Of a DNA stretch of 64,000 nt, positions 61,630-64,000 are shown piece by piece. The stretch spans positions 114,392,001-114,456,000 of the forward strand of contig CM059432.1 in assembly GCA_030390025.1 (NCBI GenBank), given 5' to 3'. The notes beneath the pieces were generated by a model. It had not been told where the DNA came from, did not search any database, and saw only the letters and a list, made by a program, of their open reading frames with translations. The stretch's first letter is position 1, and every line of letters begins with the position of its first letter. This DNA comes from Squalus acanthias. Lineage: Eukaryota. Both the position numbers and the translations under genes were made by a program.

Positions 61630-63750
61630 TGCGTCTGGTGGGTGTAGATGGCCCCTCCTCATCGTATGGGTTATGGGAACCCATAAATCGTTCCCGCCGT
61701 ATAGGACTAACCACCTCATCAGCTAGTATAAAAATGGTTAGGCCAAGGAAGGAGCGTTTACGTCATGGCCTGTCAAACCGTTAATCAACCTGTGAATTCT
61801 TCTACTACTTTACACTATTCTCCATGGGAAGAGTGTGAAGATATGAAACAATGCTCTGGCTGAAGAAGCCTTCATCTCCTGGTTTCCTTACCAGCAAGGC
61901 AATAGTAAGATATTACGATATTATATAGTACCCAATTAGCTAGGCTGTTTAGTAGGATTTCAAGAAATCTTACCCCAATAGGACACAAAGATGTACTTAG
62001 GTTAAAAGATCTTTATAGCTCTTTATATGTATAACATAAAGTTATTTTAAAATGCAGTGTAGGCTGCCTTCCATTTCAGAGGTGTGCAAAGCTAGTTAAA
62101 AAAGATAATGGGCCAAATCTTCTTGGAAAAATAGTGGCGAATTCATGGTGCACGCTATTATTAATGCGTCAATCAGCCAGCATGTTCAAGGGAAGAAGAG
62201 ATTTGGTGTGAGTTGCGAATCTCCATAACTTACTTGTCAATTTACACCGCTCCGCCGTTTGCCTCGCACCAATGGCAGTTCACCCTCAACCACCCAGTTA
62301 TTTTTAAGAATTTGCTGGATTTGCACATGAATTGCCCATTAAGCTTGCCGCAGAAAGTTAGGGGTCACACTTAACAGCGTAAGTACCCTTTTAACAATGT
62401 GATAATTGTTAATGTAGCGCCAATCAACCTCTCTGGTCCAGAAGGAGAACAAGTTAAACTGTTGAGTCTCATTCCTACATGTACTAAATTCTTCTTGGAG
62501 ATTTAAAAAATTTCTAATTGTAAATTTTTACATTTTTTTCTTACTTTTCCTTTCTGTCTCTGTTTTCTCTCTCTCTTAATCCAATCTTTCTTTCCCTCTC
62601 TTTATTTCTCTTTCTGTACCTGATTCTAATTCACCGTATTTCCTTCTCCATCGTTCCTCTGTTTCTTTCTCAATCCTTAAATCTCATTGGTTAAGGACCA
62701 TTGGTCACTAAGGTCCCAGGTGCCCCGCTGCCCTCACACTTCCGGCAAATTACGGTGCAAATTATATTCCAGCTGAAGGATGCAGGAACATGTCTAACTA
62801 ACGGTGCATGCCACAAGATGCACCGCTCCAGCAAGATTTGGCCAATATCCGATTTTTCAGAGGAGGTTACAGCAATGTTTAAAAAGGCTCATGGCAAACT
62901 TTCCAATTCAAACTTTGTATCACACATTTTCCTTGTTGAAACTATGGTCATCAAAATGACAAATTTCTAGGTCTCAAATTTTTAAACTGAAAGTAGCCAC
63001 AGACTTCGCAAGTGAATGCACAATCCATTAAATGATCGAACTTTTTAGCCTCCTTTTATGAATCTAGAAACCATGGAGAAACTCTCCTAATGAAATCTTA
63101 TCCACAGGAAGACAAAAGTCACTTTAGTTGTGGTATGCAGATAGAAAATGTATTCCGAACGAGTTCAATATTCCAGAAATAGGGTCACAAGCATTCTTAA
63201 TTAATCTTTTTCATTTAGCATTGTAAATCTTACTTGGGGGACACTTTCTGGAAACTAAAATTGTGTCAACCACAGAAAGATACCAAGATACATTGATGTA
63301 TCCTGGCCAACAAAAGATTACGAGAATAATCTTATTCCCTTGTGCTTGTATTTCTTTTTGGAGAATCCTTGGAACGAGAGAGGAGAAATCCATTAAGGAA
63401 ATTCATTTGATAAGTAGAGACAAATAACCAGGAGCTACTTCTTTGTAATGCTGAGTCAATTTCTTTGAGTCTTTCTTAAAAGTTGGCAAAGAGATCAATC
63501 TTCAGATAACCTTACATCTATAAAGGAAGGGTTGTGACATCTGTGTGTAAAGTTCACGTGTGGTTCAATCCTCTTCCAGCTCACGTAGTCCAAAAGAATA
63601 TTGAGCTGAGTGCATCCCTATGTTTGCAGCACTTTTGGCAAATTTAAAGTTCATCTTTAAAAGAATTTGCATCCTTCCTGATTTGTTTAAGATTTTCACC
63701 TACCAATTTGCCGAGAGGAACTGTAAGGCATTGGAAACCCATTGGTGCGT
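61630..63750 (-). mobile_element. Highly decayed DIRS-like tyrosine-recombinase retrotransposon (RNase H end, MT-like region, YR), interrupted by a MITE
   Basis: Minus-strand fragments in DIRS order: NI.DALS, IDLFAN, SLVPRILQK...IILVIFCWP, SRK...IYNAK*KR...DP, LSAYH, MVSRFIKG, ILMTIVSTRK, YIFVSYWG, SLANWV...SYYCLAGK, KASSARA. Confidence 0.7.
62110..62843. mobile_element. Harbinger-type MITE inserted into the DIRS-like recombinase remnant
   Basis: TIRs GGCCAAATCTT.TTGGA / TCCAGCAAGATTTGGCC with AAT on both flanks. Confidence 0.82.
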
Positions 63751-63754
63751 TCAG

Positions 63755-64000
63755 TGTCAGACTTGGTTTAGTGGTACTCTTGCCTCAGAGACAGAAGGTT
63801 GTCGGATCAAGCCCCATTCTAGGATGTGAGCACATAATCTAGCCTGACACTTCAACAACAACAGTAATAACTTCATTTATACAGCACCTTTAACGTAATA
63901 AAACGTCCCAAGATGCTTCACGGGAACGTAATCAGACAAAAATTGACGACAACAACAACAACAACTTGTATTTATATAGCACCTTTAATGTAGTAAAATG
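63755..64000. mobile_element. SINE 5' head (+, 63755-63853) interrupted by two stacked L2 3' tails (-)
   Basis: GTGTCAGACTTGGTTTAGTGGTACTCTTGCCTCAGAGACAGAAGG, then CAACAACAAC...ATTTATA.AGCACCTTTAA twice, matching 35272. Confidence 0.8.

Noticed and set aside
61334..61714. 126-aa minus-strand ORF as a nested gene
   Set aside because: Non-ATG start, no domain, overlaps the 3' end of the DIRS-like fossil; probably chance.

Overview
Vertebrate genomic DNA, most likely from a cartilaginous fish (inferred from SacSINE1-like Deu-domain SINEs plus dense CR1, L2 and Harbinger repeats). The window appears to lie within introns of a minus-strand RIMS2 gene. Two exons are visible: a conserved Ser-rich exon (57263-57435) and a phase-compatible 303-bp Glu-rich cassette exon (54742-55044). 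Most of the remaining sequence is transposon-derived. The standout structure is a ~9.35-kb array of ~374 phase-locked 25-bp units (9392-18746) that runs without a gap into the 5' UTR of a near full-length CR1 LINE (zinc finger/leucine zipper + SGNH esterase ORF1; APE + RT ORF2). Also present: a two-gene Harbinger transposon (DDE transposase plus a 3-exon Myb/SANT gene) with a series of internally deleted relatives and MITEs bearing 3-bp TSDs; many CR1 and L2 fragments, often nested; a decayed DIRS-like tyrosine-recombinase retrotransposon not evident from the ORF track (~61630-63750); and a possible old long-TIR DNA transposon with a PHD-finger remnant. All family assignments come from motif recognition by eye, and many repeat boundaries are approximate.
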